This document shows, one piece after another, positions 1 to 12,435 of a stretch of 64,000 bases of DNA; position 1 is the stretch's first letter, and every line of letters starts with the position of its first letter. The stretch is from Perna viridis (lineage: Eukaryota). The stretch is from positions 49,761,626 through 49,825,625 of the forward strand of contig CM074516.1 of assembly GCA_037379345.1 (NCBI GenBank), in the 5' to 3' direction. A model generated the notes under the pieces. That model worked only from the letters and a program-made list of their open reading frames with translations. It was not told the origin of the DNA and searched no databases. The position numbers were made by a program, and so were the translations under genes.

Positions 1-732
1 GCAATTTGGCAGCGCACAATTGATCAAATTCTATGTGGATTAAGTGGTGTTCAATGCATCCTTGATGACATGATAGTCACAGGTGAAACCGAGGAGCAAC
101 ATCTTGCTAACCTTGAGAATGTGTTGAAACGATTAAGTGAATATAATCTAAGAGCCAATCTTGATAAGCGTTAATTTTTCAAAGAGAATGTGGAGTATTG
201 TGGTCACGTTATAGATTCAAGGGGATTGCATAAAATGTCAGATAAAGTTGAATCAGTGCTAAACACTCCAACACCTGAGAATACTACTAAGCTAAGAGCT
301 TTCCTTGGATTGATAAATTATTATCACCGATTCTTACCTAACATTTCAACAGTGGTTAAACCGTTAACTCGACTGCTTGAAAAAGATAGAAAATGGAGCT
401 GGGATAAGCAATGCGAGTCTGCATTTCTCGAAGCGAAAAAGCTAGTGACATCCGACTTAGTACTATATCATCATGATCCGAAGGAACCGATCCGTCTTGC
501 TTGCGATGCTTCGCCATTCGGTGTTGGAGCCGTCATTTCACATATCATGGAAGATGAAACTGAGCGTCCGATAGCATTTGCATCTCGTACGCTGACAAGA
601 TCTGAGCAAAACCGTTCCCAAATCGATAAAGAAACGACTGCAATCATTTTTGGAGTCAAGAAATTCCACACATACTTATTTGGTAGACATTTTACATTGA
701 TAACTGATAATATGCCTCTTGTGTCCATTTTC
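1..732 (+). mobile_element. Ty3/gypsy LTR-retrotransposon pol fragment (RT C-terminal half + RNase H), degenerate
   Basis: Reads QRTIDQILCGLSGVQCILDDMIVTG (LDD motif) with an in-frame TAA at 172-174, then YCGHVIDSRGLHK, LRAFLGLINYYHRF and RNase H motifs LACDASPFGVGAVISH, ERPIAFASRTL, FGVKKFHTYLFGRHFTLITD. Similarity ends at ~732. Confidence 0.92.
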
Positions 733-2407
733 ATCACAAACTTGATAAATAAAAGTTTAACACTTCTAAATTTCCAGAAAAACTAAAAGAGGCCCAAGTT
801 GTGCCATGCTATAAGAAAAATAATGCTCTAGATAAATCTAATTATATATAGACCAGTAAGTATTCTTCCCTACATTTCCAATTTTTTTGAAAAGGCCATA
901 GACGTACAATTGACTGAATTTTTTAACCATATTTTCCATTCCCTATCTTTCAGCTTTTAAGGCTGGCTATGGTTGTCAAACTGCATTATTGAAAATAGTG
1001 GAAGACTGGAAAAAAACATTGGATGATAATAAATTTATATCTGCTATTTTGATGGATTTAAGCAAAGCATTTGATTGCCTTCCATATAATTTTCTGCTAG
1101 ATAAAATAAAATCATATGGTGTTTCAGATAAGGCTCTTAATCTTCTCCAAGATTATTTGTCAAACAGAAAGCAGGGTGTCAAACTAGGATCCTCATTTAG
1201 TAAGTGGGAGAAAATTTATAAAGGGGTGCCACAAGGGTCAATTCTAGGACCGGTATTATTCAATATTTTTCTAAATGATATATTTTATTTCATTCAGGAT
1301 TCTTCTCTCTATAACTACGCTGATGACAATACTCTTTCTTATGCTGAATACAATCTTGATGAAGTCAAAACAAAATTGGAGGCAGATAGCTTAAAATTGA
1401 TAGATTGGTTTGCAGTGAATCAGATGAAAACAAACCCAGATAAATTTCAGGCACTTGCCATTGGCCGAAAAACTTATGATAAAAACATTTCTTTTGATCT
1501 TGGCGATAATACTATAAAATGGGAGGATGAAGTAAAACTTTCAGGAGTAACAATAGATTACCAGTTAAAATTTGATACTCATATAGCCAACATTTGCAAA
1601 AAGGCCTCAAAACAGTTAAATGTTTTAAAAAGGATAGGGAAGCACTTAAATAAAGTGGGAAGGTTAACAATTTACCACTCCTTTATTTTGTCCAATTTTA
1701 ACTATTGTCCGGTCACTTGGCACTTCTCTATTGAGCCTAATATTAATAAAATGGAAAAAAATCAAGTAAGGGCCCTTAAATTTATCTATAACGACTATAC
1801 TAGCACATAGGAGGAGCTTTTGTTAAAATCAAAAATGCCATTCCTGAGAGTAAGAAGAATTAGAAATATTGCAGTTGAAACTTTCAAGATGGACAGATCC
1901 CAGTATATCTATATGACCTAATTGAAATTAAGGAAAATAAATATAATCACAGCAAAACTACCCAACGTTAGAACATCAAGATATGGGTAAAACTTTGAAT
2001 ATTTTGCTGCAAAAACCTGGAATGACCTGCCAGACCACTTTAGTAGAGAATCATCTTTTACTCAATTTAAGAATCTTCTAAACTCATGGAATGGCAGGTC
2101 ATGTCATTGTTCGGCTTGCTATTCATAACAGCTCTGCTTTATGCTTTTACATTGTTGACTATTTATAGTGCTGCTCTTTCATTTTAATCCTATTTTACAT
2201 TTGCTACTATTTGCCTTATATGTTGACTAACGGTTTATGTATGTTTGCATGAAAAGGACTAGATAGTTGCCATGTATTGTACTTGCGATGTAAATGTTAT
2301 TTATTTGCAGTGCATGTATGTTGATTTTAAAAGCTCCCAGGAGCTTATAATTATTTTGTATTGTTTTAAAATATCTACGTTAAATAAAGCTTTTGTATTG
2401 TATTGTA
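733..2407 (+). mobile_element. 5'-truncated non-LTR retrotransposon (CR1/L2 group): RT domain, 3' UTR and (TATTG)n tail
   Basis: Frameshifted FPEKLKEAQVVP..RPVSILP. ORF 989-1810 has MDLSKAFD, GVPQGSILGPVLFNIFLND and YADD. The C-terminus WNDLPDHFR..SCHCSAC ends ~2127. AATAAA is followed by TTGTATTGTATTGTA at 2383-2407. Confidence 0.9.
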
Positions 2408-2814
2408 TACCTCTATATTCATATAAAATAATTTTTAAAATTGTATGATCGTATAGTCTAATTACCGACTATTTATTTAAAAATTCCATGGATAAAAAGA
2501 GTTTTATTGGCAGTTAAGGGAACCAAAATGATTTTTCAATTATCATAAATAATAAAAAAAATTATGATGATTTAAAGTTGATGCTCCATGCCACTCAATG
2601 GATTTTTGCCAACCTAAACCAAATCACTGGTAATAAGTGATCATGATGACATCACGAAGAACTCTCCTTGTCAGATGCTTGTAATTTGTCGTATATACTT
2701 GCATGTATACGTCTATTTCTGTTTTTGTCCTGAAGTGATATTTTGCACATGTATGTTATTCTTTTTCGGCCAAAATAACTATTTTTTGTTGTATCTAACT
2801 TCTATCAAGCCCAG

Positions 2815-3330
2815 GCCCCGTGCAGGTCCGGGTGTTAAAAGAATAGGCCTGCAGCAGCGCTAAGCTTGTTGTAAAAGGCAACTAAATAGTGCTCAGAATC
2901 CTAGCCGGGGGCTAGGACGCTCTGCCCACAGAGCAACTGGGATGTGTGCCCCAGGTGGTGGAATGGGGTACCCCTGGCGTGTTACATGCTGTGGTTGTCA
3001 GGCTGTAATACGGAAAACCTGACCGCAAACCATAGTGGTGCACCGTGTTGGGAAAGATGCCACGTTCCTCGCACGTTAAAGAACCCTACTGTGGTATTCT
3101 CCCGGAGTAGGAACCATAGGGCTCCGCCACAGGAGGCTAAATTGCCCGACCCTACCCACCTCTCCCCATTTCCAGTGGCAATCAAAATTTGTCGACCCCA
3201 TTGTCCTTGTGTCCCACCCCTTTTTCATTTCATCATTTCATGTTCATTTTATCATCAATTTCATGTTCATAGTCTGAATATAGCTGAAATATTGCTGCTC
3301 GGACGTTAAACCCCAACACACAAACAAACA
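2815..3330 (+). mobile_element. ~516-bp non-autonomous retroposon (SINE-like, structured non-tRNA head), copy 1
   Basis: 14-bp TSD TCTATCAAGCCCAG at 2801-2814 and 3331-3344. The 3' end ATAGCTGAAATATTGCTG..CGTTAAAC is followed by a (CAAA)n tail. A second copy lies at 44318-44838. Confidence 0.9.
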
Positions 3331-3774
3331 TCTATCAAGCCCAGTAATTTTACTCATTACATTTATCTCCCCTTCCTACTGGTTTCTTTCCTGTAATATT
3401 GTAATATTCCAGTTCAAATAAAAATCCGAACTCGGTTTACAAATTAAGGTGAATCAAAGCAAGTTTTGTGGTTTGGATAGTATGTTTATCCATACGTTTT
3501 AAAATGCATGCCTGTTATTTTCTGTAAATAGAAATGCTAGTTAAATATCTTCGAAAAGAAAAAAAAACACATTATAAGTATGACGGTCATTATGTCCTCT
3601 TACTACTACTAGTCTTAGTCTTCATGTGTTGGCCAGTGGCACTTACAAACTGCACATTAAAAAAACAATATACATACATGTACAGTACACTCAGCAGCAT
3701 TTGTTTCCCAAACACTCAAGTCGGAGCTTTACATCTGTGTTCTGTAGTGAAAGACCTTGTCAGTTGGACTTTTC

Positions 3775-3895
3775 CTGGGTGAAATATGAGTGTTCCACAT
3801 GCCTATCAGGGTCCAGGGATATTTTATTTTCCAGTTGGTAATTGTGCATGGAGAATCACTGACCTGAGTTGGAAATTCATCGAACGTGGTGAAGT
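3775..3895. repeat. Dispersed repeat fragment shared with ~36380-36485
   Basis: GTGAAAT.TGAGTGTT...TAATTGTG...GGAGAATCACTGACCTG occurs at both sites. Family unassigned. Confidence 0.6.
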
Positions 3896-4894
3896 TAATC
3901 TCATTGATCTCCGATAGTATGGACATTGCATAGTATTGAAAAGCATGCAGTGTTCCCATGGACATGAGCTCCCCGGTCCCTGACCTCCAAAATTCATTGG
4001 GGACCCCTGAAAATCACAACAGGAGTCTACGGGGGCTTGTGAAAATTGTCAATCCATTGCTGATATCTACACTAGTAAATACAATTACTCAATATGAAGT
4101 CAATTTGCCTGATTTAATTGTTGATTTGTCCAAGCCACCGCACAATAAAATGGCGATTTAGGTGATGTTGACAAGTATAACATCCTAAGAAAATTCTAAA
4201 ATAAATATTTTTACTAAAATTAATACTTCATACATTGTAAATGTCCTGTATTGCATTATAGTTAATTGAAGTCCATTTTGTTGCCCAGACACACATAGGA
4301 GACATTGTATACAACATGTTCATTCAATTTTCTAAAAATAGACAACTGTGCAAGGTTTGTAAATGGTTTGTTTTTATACGGGAGTAAACATTGGTTGGCA
4401 TAAATACAAGACAGAAATCGTTTAACAAGTCAAAACTAATATTTCAAATAAAGATATATAGTTTAGGTTGTATTTGAAACAAGCTCTAAGTTAGAAATGT
4501 CTTCGAGTAAACTGGAAGCATTTTTCAGCATGTTTATATACTTGTCCGACTGCTTTATCGATAGTGTGAACAAGCCCTTGTGGTCAAATTTTATATAAGA
4601 ACGAATAGCTCTGTCCTTCATGTTCCCTGAATAAGCAATACACTGCAGGAGAAAAAGTGTCTCCAAAAAAATATGTGTACTATATTTCTAGTAATGATCT
4701 ATTAGAATTCCACTGTACAGTATCTTAATTTAGGTTTATTTAAAAGAAAGAACATACCATCCTTCACTTCTTGTAGTGTTATTTTAAACTAATTACACCA
4801 TATATATATATATATAAACTTTATTCTCTAAAACCAAATAGGTACAGAGAAACAAAAACAGTTATTATAGTAATACAATATTACATGAATGAAC

Positions 4895-6899
4895 GGTTTA
4901 TTCCGACTATTCCAACATTCTAAAATTTATAGGTAAAAATTATAAAATCCATGTAGGAGTAGCCAGAACTGTTGTATAAACAAGGAATTAAGTCTGTGTG
5001 TACTGTCAAAACAAAACTTTAATTGGAATTCTAAATGTGTTGAAATTACCTGTCCCATTTTTACTGTATGTATGGTGTGTTCCCGTTCTGCCCACTTTTG
5101 AAATTTACAGGTAAAAATATTGAGGGCAGAATGGGAATGCAGATGTAATGACACTAATTAGAGAACAATAGATAATTACCTATAGTCTGTTTTACTGTTT
5201 GTTGGCAATTCAATGTGATTTTTTCTAGTCTTTTTGATGGCTATGTTTAGTATAACTGTTTTGTTTTTTGGAATAAGTTCATTGAAATAAGTATAGGGTA
5301 AGGGACATAACACATAACACACGGTACATCTCCAATATGTCCTATCTCCACGGTTGTTTTTTACACTGTATATGTAGCCATTATATGCTAAATTCTGAGA
5401 CCCATACTTATTTCTGATAAATTGTACTTGTATTTGTGCGTGTGCCATCCTACTGCATTGGTTTACTAATACTGCTCGGGAAGGGTGCTACATAATATAT
5501 AGAGGTGCTTAGCTTGGAGTGTTTATATGAAAGCTAGCTTTGACATCAAGTCAGTGTCATGATGGTCTTTGATCTTGCTGCATTTGGTGATAAGTGCTTA
5601 GCTTGGGTAGGAATTATAATTCCAAGCTTGCGTATTAATTTCGTCATTAATTTACTTTTAAAACTGAATATGAATAAATAGATAAATTTATTTTTTAATC
5701 ACATAAATAATAAAATTAATGTTTAACTTAATTGGGTAGTGTAAATTTTTTATAAAATTAAATAGCTATTTACAAGCTTACTGCACAAAAAAAAATAGCA
5801 TTTCATTTTTGTAATAAACATAAAATATCTTATTATAAAAGAGGAAAATATTTTTGCATCTTTTGAAATTATAAAAAGAAAATTACAACTGCATGTAAAA
5901 CAAAAAAAAGATATTTTGTTCTAAAAGAAAAAAATATTTATGCATCTATGTACAAATTTGAAATTATAAAAAAGATAATTAGAACTGCATGTAATATTAA
6001 AAACAGACTATAATTACTAAAACAACAACTTGTACCTGATTGTTTATTTATGACAAGTGGGCAGAATGAGAATATAATTTTTAAAAAATGGGCAGAACGG
6101 GAACAAACCGTATGTATGAAATTTTATTTTGGATCTGTAAAGGTTTCATGTGAAAATTCTTTTGAATTTTAGACTTGCAAGTGTTTAGGTGTTATTTAAA
6201 GTTTTCTTTTTTAACAAAGTAAAAGTAACATCTAACTGTGCATTTGTCATGGTAAACTGAGAATGACTTCAATCACAGAAATCAGCATATTTATAAGAAA
6301 TATATGGCTTGCACTACTAAAAGATGAACAAATCTCACCAACTAGTGAGTTTGGACCAACTCAAACTCAACATGTCATATTTTAATCACTTTCATCATTT
6401 ATAATTGATTATGAATTAATTAATATTACAAGAAGTTTCATAAACATGTATCAATAATTTCCAAAGCTTGTATTTGAATATAATTGAATCAATCTCATTT
6501 ATTGCTTACAAATTAATGTATATAAATATTTTCAGAACCTGTTTTAAATGTATATATATATTAAAAAAAACTTATGAAATTTGTTTATTAATTAACTGAA
6601 TTTAATTTTCAGTCTCCATCTTTTTTCCAATATTTCAACATTTAAAGTCTATCTCTATTTATTTATTACCATGAAAAAAACTTATAAATTTGACAAAAAT
6701 AGCCCCACATTTTTCAAAAACACATTATAATTTTGCTAATAAAATGTTTAAATCCAATGTTGAATCCCAAATTTACCTGTAAAATTAATTAGGCAATAAT
6801 TACTAAAACAATAAAACCTACTAAAACAACATCCATTGTTCTCTGCATGTAGGAATATCCAGAATATATATTTTTAATATGTTGGAATAGCCAGACACC
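4895..6899. mobile_element. Non-autonomous TIR DNA transposon (MULE-like), outer element
   Basis: 8-bp TSD GAATGAAC at 4887-4894 and 6900-6907. Imperfect TIRs GGTTTATTCCGACTATTCCAACAT / ATGTTGGAATAGCCAGACACC. Confidence 0.75.
5074..6109 (-). mobile_element. Mutator/Phantom-like (MULE) deletion derivative retaining a FLYWCH fragment, inner element
   Basis: TIRs GGTGTGTTCCCGTTCTGCCCACTTTT / AAAAATGGGCAGAACGGGAACAAACC. 8-bp TSD GTATGTAT at 5066-5073 and 6110-6117. The minus ORF from 5448 reads QFIRNKYGSQNLAYNGYIYSVKNNRGDRTYWRCT, the N-terminal half of a FLYWCH zinc finger. Confidence 0.85.
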
Positions 6900-9800
6900 G
6901 AATGAACTGCACTGAGGTAAATTATATAAAACAATGGTGTTCAAAAAACATATTATGATAATTATAACAATATCAGCAGTTACCCTGGAGATTCTATCTT
7001 ATTGTAATTCAATTATATAAATTTGCAAAGATTACTAAGATCTGATAAATTTCGGCTGTTCATTAACTCATTAAATTTCAAAATGTTCGGGCGAAAATAA
7101 AATTTTGATTTCAAATAAAGTTTTCTCTCCTCATTAAGAGATGTACATGTAAAAATATAGTGATATTCATCACCAATTTGTTGAGAGGTGCATATATTGC
7201 ATTTTCTGTTTTCTCTCGAAATGTGGCACCATCTGCCAGATTCTATAGGCAGCTTATGATTTGTGGTTTGGAATCGGAAAAAGAGTGATACAATTTCTAT
7301 CACTTAAAATCTTTAAATAATTCTCAAACTCAAAACTATTTTTATAGTCTATAATTTAAAGTTTTTGGTGACTCATGAATGTCAGATTGCCAATTTTGTT
7401 TAAATTGATCTATAAGTATTAGTTTTAATGAGTTAACTAACCAGGATATACTAGTAGAATATTGGTTATTCCATACATTTGATTTACCACAATTATCTAA
7501 GATGGATTTCACATAATTAAGCCACATATAATTATTATTGAAATTCTTATGACAAAGTCTATATAAAATGAAAGGTAGTTTATCTTCCTTCCCTGTAATA
7601 AGTTTTGTCCAATATTTGACAACTCTAAGTTTAATGCAAATATCAAGCAGGTATCTCCCTAGCTCCCCATAAATCATGAAATCTGGTGTTGATTTCTTTG
7701 CATTAAGCAGAAGTTTACAAAATTTAAGGTGAACTCTCTCTATCACAGAACTATTCCATGCCCCCCACATCTCGCACCCATAGAGTAATATGGGTTTAAG
7801 AACTTTATCAAACATATCAAGCTGACATTCAATAGATAAGTTATGTAATCTCCCTTTATGAAGAATGTCGTACATTGCACGGTAGGCCTTCTTTGCATAT
7901 TTTTTGCTTTGAGAAAGCTACTAGATTTAGAGAAGAAACGCCTAAGTATGTGAAGTCCTTAAGTATTTCTGTTTCTTGATCTTCATAATAAAATTTCATA
8001 TCGTTACGCCACCTGCCCTTTGAAAATACAATAATTTTGCTTTTGTCTACATTAACTTTCAGTTTCCAAATATTACAATATTCATGTAATGCATTAAGTT
8101 GATTTTGTAAGTCTTTTTCTGATTCCGACAAAATAGCAGTGTCATCTGGATACAATATCAGGAAAAGTTTTACATTATTATCAAGTCCTGTTTCTATTAC
8201 ATCTGATATACTTTTCAGACCAATAATGTTTTAACTATAGATAAAATCTTCCAAGTCATTTACATATAATGAAAATAGTGCAGGGGTCAAGTTTTCTCCT
8301 TGTTTAATACCTATATTACAGGGGAAATAATCTGAATGTTCTCTACCATTCAAAATACGAGATTTTACATTTTTATACATGTAACAATAACATTAAACAT
8401 CTTACCATTAATTGATGAGTTTAGCAGTTTTGTCCAAAAACCAGGATGCCAAACCGTGTCAAAAGCCTTGGCAAAATCAATAAGGGCACAGTAGAGTTTT
8501 TTCTTTTGTCGAAGCAATTCATTCAATAAATGTAAAGTAAAAATGCTGTCAATAGTTGAATAATCATGTCTGAAGCCAAATTGGTTTTCATTAAGTAAAA
8601 GATAACTTTCTAAAAAGGCATTTAGCCTTAAATTCAAAGCAGATGTGAATAATTTTCCCATACAGCTTAAAATAGTTATGGGTCTATAGTTTTTTGGATC
8701 TTATTTGTCTCCCTTATTTTTATAAATGGAATAATATTGCCAACTAGCCAACTTTCTGGTACTATACCAGAATTAAATACCATATTAAAAAAATTGATGT
8801 ATAGGGGCATAAGAATATGACAAGTATTTTTAATATACTCATTAATTATTAAATCATCGCCACAGGCTTTACCATTTTAAAAATTTTTAATACATTTTAA
8901 AATTTCATTTTCAGAAATCTCATCATTGATAACTACATTTGAATCTATATCATCACTATGCAGATTCGGAGTTTGAACCTCATCGTCATCGGCACTATTT
9001 AAATCTTCGAAAAAGTTAAACAAGGAATCAATGGAAATTTCCGGAGCATTTTTAGTGTTGAGTTCAATATATTCCAATATTCCTTATTGTTACAACTTCT
9101 AGGTGTTTTAAGCTTTTTTCTCATTTGATGTGTAATCTTTGCTTTATTCATTTCAGACTTATATTCTTTTTCCTTTGTCTTCAGATCAGACTTATGTAAA
9201 GAAGATCTATTAAAATTGTGACGTCTCTTAGCTACACAGAAAGCTTTTCTCTTTTACCAACACTTGACTAAACCAAGGCTTACTTTCTTTGCGGTTGTCA
9301 CGTTTATCAGTAGAATATTTAGGATAGTATGAGCCAAATAAATGTTCTGCTGGTTCAATCAAAATATTTATTTATATCATAGACTAATTCATTGACATCA
9401 TTTTGTGTCAAAGCAACTGTATCAATCTGACTCAAATGCAGAATTGTTCAATTTACTTTCGACACATTTATGCATGCTTTACATTCCTCTGCTTTATCAT
9501 TGTCCCATTTTTTAATTTTCTTACAATTACAGTCAACACTTATAGTACCCTCTTTGTTAAGGTCATAAGCAGGTGTAAAATTTAGAGATAAAGAAATGGG
9601 ACAATGTACATTAGAGTACAATGATGAGAAATCTAGTACATGGTAGAAAATCAACAGAAGAAATATACTTGATTGGCTACAAGTAAAACTTCCTTTTTTG
9701 TCACCATTAACTCTACCATTTAGAATGAACAAGTTGTTATTTTTGCAAAACTCTGACAATTGATTTCCATAATTTGTTTTACAGAGACCATGCTATTTCA

Positions 9801-11531
9801 AATGTACAACATATACTGAAGTAATATGTTAGCGTAGTTTATTATATTATCGAAGGACTATGGTTATCGTTCACAATTTCCTTAAAATCACAATCTGTAC
9901 CAGTTCTTCCATTGAAATCTCCATTTAGAGGAACATAGAGATTTTGAGAAAATTTCAAAAATTCTTGTTCTAATTCATTAAAGGGATTTTCTGCCCTGTA
10001 CAAAGAATTTTCAGGAGGTATATAAACATTTCCAATAATAACATCATTGTTTATATTAAACAAAGTTTTTGAGACTTTAAACCATGAGACAAGCTTACTT
10101 TCAGATTCTAAAGCTTGAATAAAATTATCAAATTCAGTTTAATATCCAAAGGCAATATCTCCGGATTTAACTCTATTAAATGGTTTTCTGTATTTAAGAA
10201 CAAAATTATACCCTGGTAGATTTATTTTATTTAAATCATCAGTCTTAGATTCCAATATGCTGATAGAATCATAACAGTTTACTAAATCTATAAATTCAGG
10301 ATAGTTAGCTTTTACACCACTACAATTTATTGTTAATAATTTAATATTTGCATGTTAATCAGTAATAGAGGTTCCACAGACATCAATCTCTCTGCGTGTC
10401 CTAATACCAGTTTGTTTCTTGTAATAAATCCTTCAGATTCTTGTACTGCCTTGATTTTACCTTTGACGTTTGCTCTAATTTTGTTTTTGAACATGGACAG
10501 GGTTATTGAATTCTTTACAACATTTTTATTATTTTCTTTCATATATATACACATACTTATAGTGTAAATCAAAGATAGATAACTCCATTTCTTTTTTAAT
10601 GACTGATATTTTTTTTTATATTTTTCATTATAAATATACATTGTAAGTACAAAAAAGAAACTATGTACAAAGCATGATAGAACTTAATGTTTTCTATTAA
10701 TTCTGTGTAGATGTAAAACTTTCTTTTATATCGAAAGTACCACCCCTTTTACTCTTTGTGGATCACTCCAGAATATAGTTTGTTCCACAATAAGAAAATT
10801 TGACTTTATATATGTTTTACATGTTAACATGTTAATCCATTCTTTTCAGAATCACTTACAAAAGTACCATATAGTGTGTGCAGGATATGATTCTAGCAAG
10901 ATAGAAGTTTGTTTGGTAATCCTTCCATGTAAGTACAAATGTAGCTAATTTTGGAATAGCCTTTGTCATCTACATGTAACAAGGTTTAAGATCTTATCTT
11001 ATAGACAGTTCTTTCATCTCTAGCCCTGTCTAATCAAGTATGCTTATTTGGTCTACTGACCATGACATTGGGTACATGCCAATAAAGAACTTGCTATTTT
11101 GAAGTATAATTGTCAGTACCAATTGCACATATCTGAACAGTAGGAAACATGGCAGTACCAGTAAACAAAAGAATAACAAAACAGTTTATTTATATCTTAA
11201 AAAAAGGTGTATTCAATCAAATTCAGTTGATATAAATCTGAAATATGATGTCATGTGTACAATCAAAGTGAGTGGACAGTCATGTTGGGTGTAGAAACAA
11301 CATTCAAAATATATAGCTCATTTTACTTCGAGAACATATGTATTTCATGATGAATGGAAGGTATCATTTGGTTCCAGTTCTTTGAATTAGTGGCAAAATA
11401 TGATGATAAATTGTGCACAAAAAATACTGCAGTCAGCTGTACTTAAATTCCTAGGTATACATTTTATTCAAACCAGAATTTTGTCACTTAAAGGTGAGAA
11501 ATTTGAGAATATTTAAAACAAATGAGTGTCT

Positions 11532-11690
11532 ATGACCCAGACTGAAACTGTCTTACCAGGGTTTTAGCCAAGATTTGTTATCCCATGTCCCAGACTGAAA
11601 CTGTCTTTCCCAGGTTTTAGCCAGGATTTGTTACCCCATGACCCAGACTGAAACTGTCTTACCAGGGTTTTAGCCAGGATTTGTTACCCC
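11532..11690. repeat. ~53-bp tandem repeat x3
   Basis: ATGACCCAGACTGAAACTGTCTTACCAGGGTTTTAGCCAGGATTTGTTACCCC repeated. Confidence 0.9.
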
Positions 11691-12207
11691 TATTGCATTC
11701 ACCAATATATAACCCCAACAATAACAGTACATAAACTATTTCAGAAGAGAAAGACATTTATAAATTTTGACCTTCTGTGTATGATTTTATTGGTCCTATT
11801 TACTGTTATAAAATAAAAATGATTTTGATATACTTGTATAAATTTTCATTTTCTTCATTCAAGGGATTAAAAGCCAGGTTAATTTTCTAGCAATTTACAT
11901 GAACCATGTAGTATTTTGTCTCATTGTTCTCTATTGTTTATATGTAATTCATAAAATTGCAATAGTTGTTGAAAACTGTAACCTAGCTGTGAGGGTCGTT
12001 GACTGGAAAGTAAAAAATATTTTTCTACTTCTGTTACTAACTCTCTACTTGATGTCAGGATATAAGGCCTCATTTCTAATGAGTGAGTCTATTCAGTCTT
12101 ATAAGTTATATTTTTCGCCATTTTCATTTCCATCTGTGCTTTTTTAGACAAGAATAATTTTCCTTTCTGTTTATTTACTGATCTTCCTGCCCAAAACAAT
12201 TAGATAG

Positions 12208-12435
12208 AATAATTGAGGGAACAAAGATTCTAGCGGAAATCAAAAGAATGTAATGGAGGGACAAAGACCAGACATGGGAAACAGACAATCACAACAAAGA
12301 ACATAAAGCAACTAAAATACAACATACAGAGTAACAAAAGTAAATGAGCAACTGGGACTCCACTAAAAACTGGGAGCATGGAGCAGGTGCACCAGTAGGG
12401 TAAGCATCCTCTGCTTTTCTAGAAACAGCCGCCAA
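12208..12435 (-). mobile_element. ~230-bp dispersed repeat (possibly Penelope-like-derived), copy A
   Basis: Co-linear with 21920-22150, with fragments at 24897-24975 and 54705-54790. The family assignment is from recollection of mollusc repeats only. Confidence 0.7.

Larger units (their letters stand above)
4800..10500 (-). mobile_element. Degenerate RTEX-like LINE (APE endonuclease, RT, C-terminal CCHC), interrupted by a TIR element at 4895-6899
   Basis: Minus-strand fragments include APE motifs GNVYIPPENS, NGDFNGRTG, FCKNNNLFILNGR; RT motifs NENQFGFR, IDFAKAFDTV, QGENLTPALFSLYVNDL, YPDD; and a C-terminus HKLPIESGRW..CNIC..IGDEYHYIFTC. AATAAA plus a (TA)n tail at ~4800-4826 on the minus strand lies beyond the inserted TIR element. 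The 5' boundary is approximate. Confidence 0.85.

Noticed and set aside
2944-3309. Similar ~120-aa ORFs in both retroposon copies (also 44446-44808)
   Set aside because: GTG starts, no recognisable domain and GC-rich hairpin sequence; the similarity just reflects copy homology.
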